Notes under the pieces: generated by a model
Told to the model about the DNA's origin: nothing
What the model saw: the letters and a program-made list of their open reading frames with translations, nothing else
Database searches by the model: none
DNA from: an uncultured Chloroflexia bacterium
Lineage (GTDB): Bacteria; Chloroflexota; Anaerolineae; Anaerolineales; UBA4823
Assembly: GCA_963822175.1 (NCBI GenBank)
Contig: CAWGGJ010000008.1
Span: 640,388-704,387, forward strand
Reading direction: 5' to 3'
DNA length: 64,000 nt
Position numbers and translations under genes: made by a program
Shown: positions 1 to 8,599 of the stretch, in pieces
Numbering within the stretch: position 1 is the stretch's first letter
Layout of the letters: each line of letters begins with the position of its first letter

Positions 1-82
1 CTGCAATTCAAGAATGAGTGATCCTTTGTGATCATCATCCCTTTTATTTTTCACGATTAAGAGTACAATTGTTCTGAATAGA

Positions 83-151
83 CCGATGAGTGACCCGTAG
101 GTTCTGCCCCGGATGGTGTGCATCCGGAACATTAGACAGACCGCTCATCGG
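83..151 (+). promoter_or_regulatory. Structured 5' leader upstream of ssb (nested inverted repeats)
   Basis: The outer 8-bp inverted repeat CCGATGAG (83-90) / CTCATCGG (144-151) encloses an inner hairpin CCGGATG (109-115) / CATCCGG (121-127). It ends just before the GGAGGA Shine-Dalgarno (155-160) and the ATG at 166. Confidence 0.3.
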
Positions 152-165
152 AACGGAGGATCCCC

Positions 166-588
166 ATGTATCACACAATTATTTTAGTTGGGAATCTAGG
201 TCGCGATCCCGAAATGCGTTACACCCCCAGCGGCCAGGCGGTTACGAATTTCAGCGTAGCAACGAACCGCCAGTATACCGGTAGCGATGGACAAGTAGTG
301 AAAGAAACTATTTGGTTTCGCATATCTACCTGGGGAAAGAATGCAGAGAACTGCAATCAATATCTCAAGCGAGGAAGTAAAGTTTTGGTCGAAGGCAGGC
401 TTGTTCCGGATGCAAGCACAGGTGGTCCACGCATTTGGAACCGCCAGGACGGTACACCGAGCGCTTCGTTCGAGATTAATGCCCAGATGGTTCGCTTCCT
501 TTCAACACGAGGTGAAGACGACGGCGGTGGAATGCCACCCGGCGAAGGTCCAAATCAAGCCGAGGATCCTGACGGCATACCATTCTAA
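166..588 (+). CDS. ssb: Single-stranded DNA-binding protein
   Basis: The 140-aa ORF has an OB-fold N-terminus (ILVGNLGRDPEMRYTPSG...NFSVATN), a Gly/Pro-rich linker and the acidic C-terminal tip DPDGIPF typical of bacterial SSB. A GGAGGA SD lies upstream. Confidence 0.92.
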   Translation: MYHTIILVGNLGRDPEMRYTPSGQAVTNFSVATNRQYTGSDGQVVKETIWFRISTWGKNAENCNQYLKRGSKVLVEGRLVPDASTGGPRIWNRQDGTPSASFEINAQMVRFLSTRGEDDGGGMPPGEGPNQAEDPDGIPF

Positions 589-600
589 AATCACTCCCCA

Positions 601-630
601 AAAAGGTGCAGAGAACTTTTCTGCACCTTT
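601..630 (+). terminator. Hairpin after ssb (possible intrinsic terminator)
   Basis: GGTGCAGA (605-612) pairs with TCTGCACC (620-627) around a 7-nt loop, flanked by AAAA and TTT. The U-tract is short. Confidence 0.5.
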
Positions 631-657
631 ATAGCTTCTGTATAAGGAATAACTATT

Positions 658-987
658 ATGTCCACACCTGCTCAGAACCGTCCAGCAGCACCACCCCCAC
701 CTACGTTGGAGGTTCCGTCTGATCTGAAGACGGATTATGCCAATGTTGTTCGCATTGCACATTCTCCTTCTGAATTGGTCTTTGATTTTGCTCATCTCCT
801 TCCCGGTGTCACACCTGCAAAGGTATGTACCAGGGTTGTTATGTCTCCATTAGGAGCAAAATTATTACAAAGAGCCCTGGCAGAAAACTTAGGTCGTTAT
901 GAAAAAGCGTTTGGTGAGATAAAAATCCCAGGTGAGAATTCATTGGCAGATTTCCTGTTTCGTCCGCCAACACCTCCAAAAGAGTAG
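658..987 (+). CDS. DUF3467 family protein
   Basis: The 109-aa ORF carries the motif YANVVRIAHSPSELVFDF characteristic of DUF3467. It lies 5 nt upstream of the next gene. Confidence 0.75.
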   Translation: MSTPAQNRPAAPPPPTLEVPSDLKTDYANVVRIAHSPSELVFDFAHLLPGVTPAKVCTRVVMSPLGAKLLQRALAENLGRYEKAFGEIKIPGENSLADFLFRPPTPPKE

Positions 988-992
988 GATCC

Positions 993-1643
993 ATGCCACA
1001 AAAATTGGAAGATATCGCTGAAAAAATCCACCAATCGTTTGAGATCTGCACCGCAGAACGTGACCGGGCTCTCACCCAAGCCCGGACGCTCACTCGCCAT
1101 TGTGCTAATGCCATCCGTGCCATCCACCGCAATGAGCATGATTTAGCCCAGCAGCATCTTGACGATGCCCGTCAGTTGGCTCAATCCCTGAGGGATAACT
1201 TGAAAGATTTCCCAGAGCTTTTTTATGCAGGTTATACACAGGATGCCCTCAAAGAATTTGCTGAAGCCAGCCTGGTGTATGCACTGATCAATAACGGTGA
1301 GTTCCCAACCCCCCATGACCTATCATTGGAACCTGCCACTTACTTGCAAGGATTGGCTGAGGCGGTTGGTGAGCTTCGCCGCCGTTGCCTGGATATGTTA
1401 CTTAATGATAATCCAAAGGAAGCTGAGCGCCTGATGAGTGAAATGGATGATATCTATGCCATATTGGTCACCATGGATTATCCCGATGCAATCACCGGTG
1501 GCTTACGGCGATTGACCGATGTTGCCCGTGGGATCATCGAACGGACACGAGGAGATCTTACCCTGAGTTTACGACAGGAACGGCTGGAAAACAACCTAAA
1601 GGAATTAGAAATCAGATTGGACGCCTACAACCAATCCGAATGA
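993..1643 (+). CDS. Translin-family (translin/TRAX, C3PO-like) protein
   Basis: The 216-aa all-helical ORF has segments YTQDALKEFAEA and YLQGLAEAVGELRR, matching the translin/TRAX family signature including the acidic E..E / GE positions. Its stop overlaps the next start (ATGA at 1640-1643). Confidence 0.75.
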   Translation: MPQKLEDIAEKIHQSFEICTAERDRALTQARTLTRHCANAIRAIHRNEHDLAQQHLDDARQLAQSLRDNLKDFPELFYAGYTQDALKEFAEASLVYALINNGEFPTPHDLSLEPATYLQGLAEAVGELRRRCLDMLLNDNPKEAERLMSEMDDIYAILVTMDYPDAITGGLRRLTDVARGIIERTRGDLTLSLRQERLENNLKELEIRLDAYNQSE

Positions 1644-1876
1644 AAATCGTTCGTGCCTCAGAAATAGGTACATACCAGTTTTGCCACCGTGCGTGGTGGT
1701 ATCAGCAACAAGGCTACGAGCCCGATAATCAAGCAGACATGGCAGTGGGGACAGAAATACATGAAAAACATGGGCGTGTTGTTTTGGCAAGCAACTGTAT
1801 CCAAATCGTCGCTTATGGGTTGTTATTGTTGGCCATCCTGATGGCAACAATTTGGTTCATAAAATTGATTTTATAA
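1640..1876 (+). CDS. Cas4/RecB-like PD-(D/E)XK nuclease, N-terminal piece followed by a TM helix
   Basis: TYQFCHRAWWY resembles the Cas4 N-terminal Fe-S cysteine motif, and GTEIHEKH resembles the GxxxH motif. A hydrophobic helix IQIVAYGLLLLAILMATIWFIKLIL follows. The ORF ends at TAA immediately after a T4 run (1869-1872). Confidence 0.6.
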   Translation: MKIVRASEIGTYQFCHRAWWYQQQGYEPDNQADMAVGTEIHEKHGRVVLASNCIQIVAYGLLLLAILMATIWFIKLIL

Positions 1877-2424
1877 GGGATGTTCAGAGAACAGGGTGTT
1901 GTATGTTCATCTTGTACTTATCGTTATTTTTCTTAGTGGTTGCCCTGGTTTTATTTTTTATTTCTGCCCGACAGAAGAAAAATGCTGGGATCCCAGGTGG
2001 CAGGGTGATCTATAGTGATACCACTCAATGGCGCAAGGTAGAGAAACCATTATTTGATCCAAATATCAGGTTGGCTGGCAAACCGGATTATCTGGTTGAA
2101 AGAGGAAAACAGGTGATTCCAGTTGAGATAAAATCTAGGCAAGCTCCACCAGCCCCTTTTGACTCGCATATTTATCAATTGGCAGCTTATTGCCTGCTTG
2201 TCCAGCACGAGTATGGCACTCGTCCTGATTATGGTATTATCCATTATCCCAACCGGACATTTGCAATCGATTTTACAACTGCCCTGGAAGAATCAACCAG
2301 GGGAACCATCCGCCAGATGCAGGAACGAAAAACCAATTCTCAAGTCGCTCGCTCACATGATAATCCACGCTGTTGTAAACGTTGTGGTTATCGGTCCATC
2401 TGTGATCAGTCTCTCAGGATATAA
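1852..2424 (+). CDS. Cas4/RecB-like PD-(D/E)XK nuclease, C-terminal piece (TM helix plus catalytic core plus Cys cluster)
   Basis: It contains TM helix MFILYLSLFFLVVALVLFFI, GKPDYLV...VIPVEIKS (D...ExK), YQLAAYCLL (QxxxY) and a C-terminal CCKRCGYRSIC (CxxCx5C). The likely internal start is the ATG at 1903. It is probably one gene with 1640..1876 (see findings). Confidence 0.7.
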   Translation: MVHKIDFIRDVQRTGCCMFILYLSLFFLVVALVLFFISARQKKNAGIPGGRVIYSDTTQWRKVEKPLFDPNIRLAGKPDYLVERGKQVIPVEIKSRQAPPAPFDSHIYQLAAYCLLVQHEYGTRPDYGIIHYPNRTFAIDFTTALEESTRGTIRQMQERKTNSQVARSHDNPRCCKRCGYRSICDQSLRI

Positions 2425-2434
2425 TTAGGCAATT

Positions 2435-3307
2435 ATGGCAGAACAGAATAACCCGATCAAGAGAGTCGCTATCGTCGGTCATCAAAAGCTTGCGAATACC
2501 GAGAAAGAATCCGGTGCGATCGCTGAATTCCTAAATCAGCGAGGAATTGAGACCGTACATGGATATCTTTATGATGAGGCAATTTACCGTAAAGTCAAGC
2601 AAGGTGAATTCGATTTGTTGATCGCCCTGGGTGGAGATGGCACCATGTTACGTGCAGGTCACCTCGGAGGTCCATCCAATGTACCTGTTCTGGGAATCAA
2701 TCTGGGTCGTTTCGGTTTTCTGACGGAGATCGAGCGTGATCATTGGGTTGAATTTCTTCCACGGATATTATCGGGTGATTACTGGTTGGAAAATCGGATG
2801 ATGCTATGCGCTGAACAATGGCGTGCAGATTCGTTACTTGGTAAATGGGATGTCTTGAATGAAGTTGTAGTTAGCCGAGGCCAGATCATCAGGCCGATCC
2901 ATGTTACTGCTCATGTCGATGGTCGATTTTTAACAACCTATGTTGCAGATGCATTGATCGCTGCCACGCCTACTGGCTCAACAGCTTATGCCCTGGCAGC
3001 AGGTGGACCCATCTTACCACCTGAGCTGCGTAATATACTATTGGTTCCAGTCGCACCCCACCTTTCTCTGGACCGGGCTATTGTTTTAGCAGAAGGGTCG
3101 TCAGTCAGCATTACGATCGAAGTGGACCACCAGGCAGTATTCAGTGTCGATGGTCAGGTGCCGATTGGCCTAACAAATGATGATCGGGTTCATGTATATG
3201 CTTCACCGTATGTAGTAAAATTCATTCGTTTTCAAGATCCAGGTTATTTTTATCGTAATCTTACTCCCCACATGGGGCAAAACCCATCAACGGGAAATCA
3301 TCATTAG
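2435..3307 (+). CDS. nadK: NAD(+) kinase
   Basis: The 290-aa ORF has the GGDGTML motif, TPTGSTAY and typical NAD kinase length. Confidence 0.92.
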   Translation: MAEQNNPIKRVAIVGHQKLANTEKESGAIAEFLNQRGIETVHGYLYDEAIYRKVKQGEFDLLIALGGDGTMLRAGHLGGPSNVPVLGINLGRFGFLTEIERDHWVEFLPRILSGDYWLENRMMLCAEQWRADSLLGKWDVLNEVVVSRGQIIRPIHVTAHVDGRFLTTYVADALIAATPTGSTAYALAAGGPILPPELRNILLVPVAPHLSLDRAIVLAEGSSVSITIEVDHQAVFSVDGQVPIGLTNDDRVHVYASPYVVKFIRFQDPGYFYRNLTPHMGQNPSTGNHH

Positions 3308-3310
3308 AGG

Positions 3311-3841
3311 TTGAACATGACAGAATCACCACCCGTACTGTACTGCGCTAATCATCCAAATACCGAGACGTCTTTACGATGTAATAATTGTGAAAAACCA
3401 ATATGTGCGAAATGCGCAGTTCTGACACCGACAGGATATCGATGTAAGGAATGTGTGAGGCAGCAACAAAAAGTGTTTGAAACCACCCTGTGGTATGACT
3501 ATCCGATCATGTTTATTGTTGTAGCTTTTCTGTCATACCTTGGTAGTCTGCTCGGAGCGTGGATCTCCGTTCGTTTTGGATTTTATATTATTGTCCTGGC
3601 TTTATTTTTAGCACCTGCCATAGGGGGAGTGATCGCAGAAATCGCACGAAGAGTGACAGGGCGGAGACGCTCAAAACGATTATTTCTACTTGCAGTGATT
3701 GCGGCGATCGTCGGGTGTCTGCCAATTAGCCTGCAGTTATTACAGAATTTTTACTTGTTTGGCGTTATATACCAGGTAATGTACGCAATATTAATGACAT
3801 CAACATTATATTACCGTCTGTCAGGGATCCGAATCGGTTAG
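3311..3841 (+). CDS. Membrane protein with N-terminal B-box/zinc-ribbon-like Cys motif
   Basis: CANHP..CNNCEKPICAKC....YRCKEC is followed by about 4 predicted TM helices. The ORF-track start is TTG at 3311; an ATG lies at 3317. Confidence 0.65.
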   Translation: MNMTESPPVLYCANHPNTETSLRCNNCEKPICAKCAVLTPTGYRCKECVRQQQKVFETTLWYDYPIMFIVVAFLSYLGSLLGAWISVRFGFYIIVLALFLAPAIGGVIAEIARRVTGRRRSKRLFLLAVIAAIVGCLPISLQLLQNFYLFGVIYQVMYAILMTSTLYYRLSGIRIG

Positions 3842-3843
3842 GC

Positions 3844-5588
3844 ATGCTGAGTGAATTACATATCGAGAATTTTGCCATCATTAATCACCTGGAGCTTGTT
3901 TTAATCCAGGTCTGAATATATTTACCGGTGAGACGGGGGCGGGCAAGTCAATCATCATCGATGCTGTAGAAACCATCCTGGGGAGCCGGGCAGATGCGAC
4001 CATGGTAAGGGTAGGGGCTGAGCACGCCCTGGTCGAAGCCAGCTTTAAAATACCAGATGAGATGAGGCATCCCATTCACCAAATCCTTGAAAGGGAAGGA
4101 CTCCTGGATGATTCGGATCAGCTCACCCTGGGGCGAGAAATTCGTAGAAATGGCCGCAGCTTTGCCCGTGTGAACGGGCGAAATGTCAACATTCACGTAT
4201 TAATTGAGTTAAGCGAATTTCTTGTGGATGTTCATGGTCAATCGGAACATTTATCCTTGTTGCATGTCAGGCAGCACCTGGGATTGCTGGATAGCTATGC
4301 ACACGTAGAGTTTGAATTAGCAGAATATCAGGCGGCTTATCACAAGCTAATTCAGGTGCGCAACCAGCTTGCGCAGCTGCGGGTTGCTGAACAGGATGCC
4401 AGCCGACAGATTGATATCCTTAAGTACCAGATCAACGAAATTGAGGCAGCCCATCTACAAGAAGCGGAAGAGGAAGAGCTGCGTGCAGAACGGACCCGCC
4501 TTGCGAACGCAGAAGGGATTGCTCTGTTAATCCAGGAGGCGATCCAGATATTAGATGAGGGTACATCCGAGACTCCATCCATTACAGACCTGATGGGACA
4601 AGTCACCAGCCTTTTAAATAACCTGATCAGATTAGATTCAATGCAAGAGAAATTAAGTGAGCGTTCACAGGGTTCTCTGGATGAGTTAACCGATCTTGTA
4701 GCTACCTTGCGCGATTACTTGGAAACGATAGAGTTTAACCCTGAGCGTTTAGATATTGTTGAAGATCGTATCAATTTAATTCAAAACCTAAAAAGAAAAT
4801 ACGGTGAAAGTATTCCCAAGGTACTTCAGTTTGCAGAACAAGCCCGGAGACAACTCGATACAATTACACATGTTTCTGATCGGATTGGCGAGCTTGAAGT
4901 TGAGGAAACTTCATTAATAGTAAAGGTTGGTGAATTAGGGGTAGTTTTATCTGACAAGCGGCATGCTGCTGCGGATCGTATGGAAAAAGAGGTTGAATCG
5001 GAATTGGCACACCTTAGTATGTCAGGAGCTCAGTTCAAGGTGGATTTTTCTGATCATCCATCAGAGGCTGGTGTCTTATTACAAGATGGGAGAAAGGTGG
5101 CATTTGATGCGGCAGGATTGGAACACATTGAGTTTTTAGTCGCACCGAACCCAGGAGAGGGATTAAAACCATTGGTGAAGATCGCCTCTGGTGGAGAAAC
5201 ATCCCGCCTGATGATGGCCATAAAAAATGTCCTGGCTCAGGCAGACCGAATTCCAACCTTGATTTTCGATGAGATTGATCAGGGAATAGGTGGTCGGGTG
5301 GGCATGGTCGTAGGTCGAAAGTTATGGGAGTTAGCCCGGCAACATCAGGTCCTATGTGTGACTCATCTCGCCCAACTGGCGGCCTTTGGTGAGCAACATT
5401 GGCGGGTTGAAAAACAGGTCAAAGATGGCAGGACAGAAACCCATGTGACAGCCCTGGCTGCAGACGATCGAATGATCGAGCTTGCCCAAATGATGGGGGA
5501 GGTGAGTGATGGAACTCGGCAATCTGCACAGGAACTGCTTAAGTCGGTGAACCAGATGCTCAAACAAAGACCCGTTCATGACGATTAA
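3844..5588 (+). pseudogene. recN: DNA repair protein RecN, reading frame broken near the 5' end
   Basis: ATG 3844 encodes MLSELHIENFAIINHLELV and then stops at 3913. In the neighbouring frame from 3903 the sequence reads NPGLNIFTGETGAGKSIIIDAVE (Walker A) and continues into the 528-aa ORF ending at 5588, which carries the SMC-like signature ASGGETSRLMMA and Walker B LIFDEID. One extra T in the T4 run at 3899-3902 would restore a single ORF. Confidence 0.85.
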
Positions 5589-5642
5589 CTCATCCCGTTC
5601 AATGATAGATAGCAAAAATTAGAGAAAATCCTCCTCAAGACC

Positions 5643-8552
5643 ATGCCCACAGTTCCGCAAACCATAAAATTTCGCAATCAACGAAGATTTAAAGAAAAAC
5701 GCAATCCATGGTTCAAGATTGGTCTGAGTTTTGGAATCGTTATCAGTATTATGCTGGCGGTAATTGGTCTGATTGGGTCCTGGTATTACGCCAACCTCAC
5801 CCACGATCTTCCATCGGTGGAAGTCGTTCCATCACTATTGGAACCACCGGATGGAACGATGCTCCAACCCACACGTATTTATGACAGGTTACATGAGAAT
5901 ATTCTCCTGACACTTGAAAACCCGGCTGTAGCAGGCAGGCAGTACCTGTATGTTGATGAAGACACTCAGGCAGGAAAGGATCAATTTCCTAAAAACCTCA
6001 TTGACGCCACAATTGCCGTTAATGAACCTGATTTTTGGACTAGCCCAGGCTTTTCCTTGTCTGGATTGTCGGAAGGCACACATCCGACGATAGCCCAACG
6101 GCTAATTTCCGACCTGGTTTTGGACGGTGAACCACCTTCGTTACAGCGAAACATTCGTGAACGTTTGCTGGCTGCCCAGATCACCGCTCAATTTGGGAGG
6201 CCGAAAATCCTTGAATGGTACCTGAATAGCGTTCAATATGGGAATCTTATCTATGGTGCAGATGCAGCTGCACGTGCATATTATGGAAAATCTGCATCTG
6301 AGATCAATCTATCTGAAGCTTCCATGCTTACAGCTATTAGCGAGATGCCAGCGATAAACCCATTATTTGGTTCACAAATATTACAGGATCAGCAGGAAAT
6401 AGTGATTGATTCGATGTTAGCCAACAGGATGATTAATCCCGGCGAGGCTCAAAAAGCCCTCTTCAAGAATATAAAATTCCGGGAGCAAATAGAAACTCAG
6501 TCCCGTGCTCCTGCATTTACTAATTTAGTCTTGATGCAGCTTAACCCGATAATACCCCTGGATAGAATCCGGAGAGGTGGTTATGAGATTGTAACCAGCC
6601 TGGATTATGACTTACAAATGCAAGCTGCCTGTGCCTCGCAAGCTCAGGTGGATCGGTTGAAAGGTTATGGTGAGCAATTAACCAAAGTCGATGGCAGCAC
6701 ATGTGAAGCAGCGCAATTACTCCCAACCTTACAATTAAACGGAAACGGTCCAATACAAGATGTTAAAGTTAATCTGGTTATTCAAGATCCACAATCAGGT
6801 CAGATTTTAGCTCTGGTAGGAAATGAAAGCTCTGAGATGGTTCCAGCGTATCCAGAAAAACATACTGCTGGAACGATCTTGTCTCCTTTTTTGTATCTTA
6901 CTGCATTTACACGTGGTATGAGTCCCGCAACACTGTTATGGGATATCCCTCAAAATAGAGAAAATGAGCTGACGGTGCTAAACCAGGCTGATACTAGTGA
7001 AATGCAGATTAGCTCTTACCATGGTCCGGTCAGTTTAAGGACGGCATTCGCCAACGACTATTTTGCTGCCGCTACAACTGTCTTGCAGCAAGTGGGAATT
7101 AATAATGTCTGGCTGACCGAAAAACGGTTTGGGATCGATACACCTGAACTGGACACAGGTTCAAAAGCAACATTGAGCGATCTATACTCTCAGTCAATTT
7201 CATTGACCAATGGCGCGCAGGCTTATGGAGTACTGGCAAATCAAGGCATCTTGTCAGGTCAGCCCAATAATATCTCTGGAGCTGAAGATAATGGCTTAAG
7301 CTCAACAAGCATCCTAAAGGTGATGGGAGTTGATGGAAGGATTTGGTTGGACTGGTCGATTCCACAATCTCGATCAATCATTAATCCTCAGTTAGCTTAC
7401 CTGGTTACCAACGTCCTGAGCGATGACTATGCTCGCTGGCGGAGCCTTGGTCATCCTAACTCCTTGGAAATTGGTCGACCGGCAGCAGCCAAGTTAGGGT
7501 TGACCGAAGGTGGCAATGAGGCCTGGGTGCTTGGGTATATCCCACAACTGGTTGTTGGGGTTTGGATGGGCGGAGAAAAAGATGATACTGGTGGCCTTTC
7601 TGCAGACATCCCTGCTGGACTCTGGCATGCCATTATGCAGTATTCATCCAAGCATATAGCAGTTCAGGATTTTGCTGTGCCAGAAGGAATCAGCTTAATT
7701 CAGGTTTGTGATCCTTCAGGATTACTTGTGTCTGACCTGTGCCCATCGATCGCTCAGGAGGTGTTTTTAACCGGAAATGAACCGACACAGGTGGATAACC
7801 TTTACCAGAAATACTTTATAAATCGTGAATCTGAGGCTTTAGCAACGATATTTACTCCTTCAGATATGTTAGCAGAAAAGGTGTACATGGTAGTGCCGCC
7901 GCAGGCAGAATCATGGGCAGAAGAAGCGGGCTTTCCTACTCCACCCGATACCTACGATGTGATCTATGCAGTCCAGGAACCATCCCCTCAGGTCAATATC
8001 ACCGACCCAGGGATGTTCGATCAGGTATCGGGTTTTGTAGATATTCTCGGCACTGCAGCAGGGAGTGATTTTTCCTACTATCGATTACAGGTTGGAAAAG
8101 GACTAAACCCTCAGCAATGGATCCAGATCGGTGAAGACGTTGAAAAACCGGTGCACGACGCAATCCTTGGAACCTGGGATAGCAGAGGTTTGGAAGGTTT
8201 ATACGTGGTGCAATTGCTGGTCGTGTATCAGGATCAACGTGTAGACCGGGATATCGTGCAGGTAACCATTGATAACTCGGTACCCCAGGTTAGAATCGTA
8301 ACTCCTACTGATGGCGAAGAAATTAAGTTTGACCAGGGGGATTCGATCATGATGCAGGTTGAGGCGACTGATAACCTCGTATTGGAGCGGGTTGAATTTT
8401 ATTTGGACGGATCTCTGGAATCAACGCTATTGGTAGAGCCTTTTATAATCCTGTGGCCATCGACACCAGGTGAGCATACATTGATTGTAAATGCTTACGA
8501 TTTGGCAGGTAACGCCAATGAAGCAGAAGTCTCATTTTCAGTGTTCAAATAA
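5643..8552 (+). CDS. Class-A penicillin-binding-protein-like protein (glycosyltransferase, degenerate transpeptidase, C-terminal Ig-like domains)
   Basis: The 969-aa ORF has an N-terminal TM anchor and a GT51-like region (NEPDFWTSPGF, RNIRERLLAAQ, ILEWYLNSVQYG). The PBP transpeptidase-like region has altered motifs: TILS for SxxK and KLG for KTG. Confidence 0.8.
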   Translation: MPTVPQTIKFRNQRRFKEKRNPWFKIGLSFGIVISIMLAVIGLIGSWYYANLTHDLPSVEVVPSLLEPPDGTMLQPTRIYDRLHENILLTLENPAVAGRQYLYVDEDTQAGKDQFPKNLIDATIAVNEPDFWTSPGFSLSGLSEGTHPTIAQRLISDLVLDGEPPSLQRNIRERLLAAQITAQFGRPKILEWYLNSVQYGNLIYGADAAARAYYGKSASEINLSEASMLTAISEMPAINPLFGSQILQDQQEIVIDSMLANRMINPGEAQKALFKNIKFREQIETQSRAPAFTNLVLMQLNPIIPLDRIRRGGYEIVTSLDYDLQMQAACASQAQVDRLKGYGEQLTKVDGSTCEAAQLLPTLQLNGNGPIQDVKVNLVIQDPQSGQILALVGNESSEMVPAYPEKHTAGTILSPFLYLTAFTRGMSPATLLWDIPQNRENELTVLNQADTSEMQISSYHGPVSLRTAFANDYFAAATTVLQQVGINNVWLTEKRFGIDTPELDTGSKATLSDLYSQSISLTNGAQAYGVLANQGILSGQPNNISGAEDNGLSSTSILKVMGVDGRIWLDWSIPQSRSIINPQLAYLVTNVLSDDYARWRSLGHPNSLEIGRPAAAKLGLTEGGNEAWVLGYIPQLVVGVWMGGEKDDTGGLSADIPAGLWHAIMQYSSKHIAVQDFAVPEGISLIQVCDPSGLLVSDLCPSIAQEVFLTGNEPTQVDNLYQKYFINRESEALATIFTPSDMLAEKVYMVVPPQAESWAEEAGFPTPPDTYDVIYAVQEPSPQVNITDPGMFDQVSGFVDILGTAAGSDFSYYRLQVGKGLNPQQWIQIGEDVEKPVHDAILGTWDSRGLEGLYVVQLLVVYQDQRVDRDIVQVTIDNSVPQVRIVTPTDGEEIKFDQGDSIMMQVEATDNLVLERVEFYLDGSLESTLLVEPFIILWPSTPGEHTLIVNAYDLAGNANEAEVSFSVFK

Positions 8553-8580
8553 AAAAAGTCGGGCTGAGAGCCCGACTTGT
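8551..8580. terminator. Bidirectional intrinsic terminator between convergent genes
   Basis: An 8-bp GC-rich stem GTCGGGCT (8558-8565) / AGCCCGAC (8569-8576) is preceded by A7 (8551-8557, which gives a U7 tail on the minus strand) and followed by TTGTT. Confidence 0.75.
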
Positions 8581-8599
8581 TAATACGGTGTTATTGTTT

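Noticed and set aside
341-1139. ORF-track entries overlapping or antisense to ssb, DUF3467 and translin (341..634, 502..795, 839..1132, 897..1139). Similar shadow ORFs sit inside polA (17099..17476, 18285..18626), parB (30879..31181, 31203..31445), the S41 protease (39379..39801), alaS and lon.
   Set aside because: They lie inside or opposite long ORFs with clear family signatures. They have biased, low-complexity or Arg/Ser-rich translations and no SD-like sequences. They are treated as non-coding frame shadows.
1640-2424. A possible CRISPR-Cas locus, because a Cas4-family gene is present.
   Set aside because: No direct-repeat/spacer array and no cas1, cas2 or effector genes are visible anywhere in the window. 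The gene is embedded in an ssb/translin/nadK/recN context, so it is an orphan Cas4/RecB-like nuclease.
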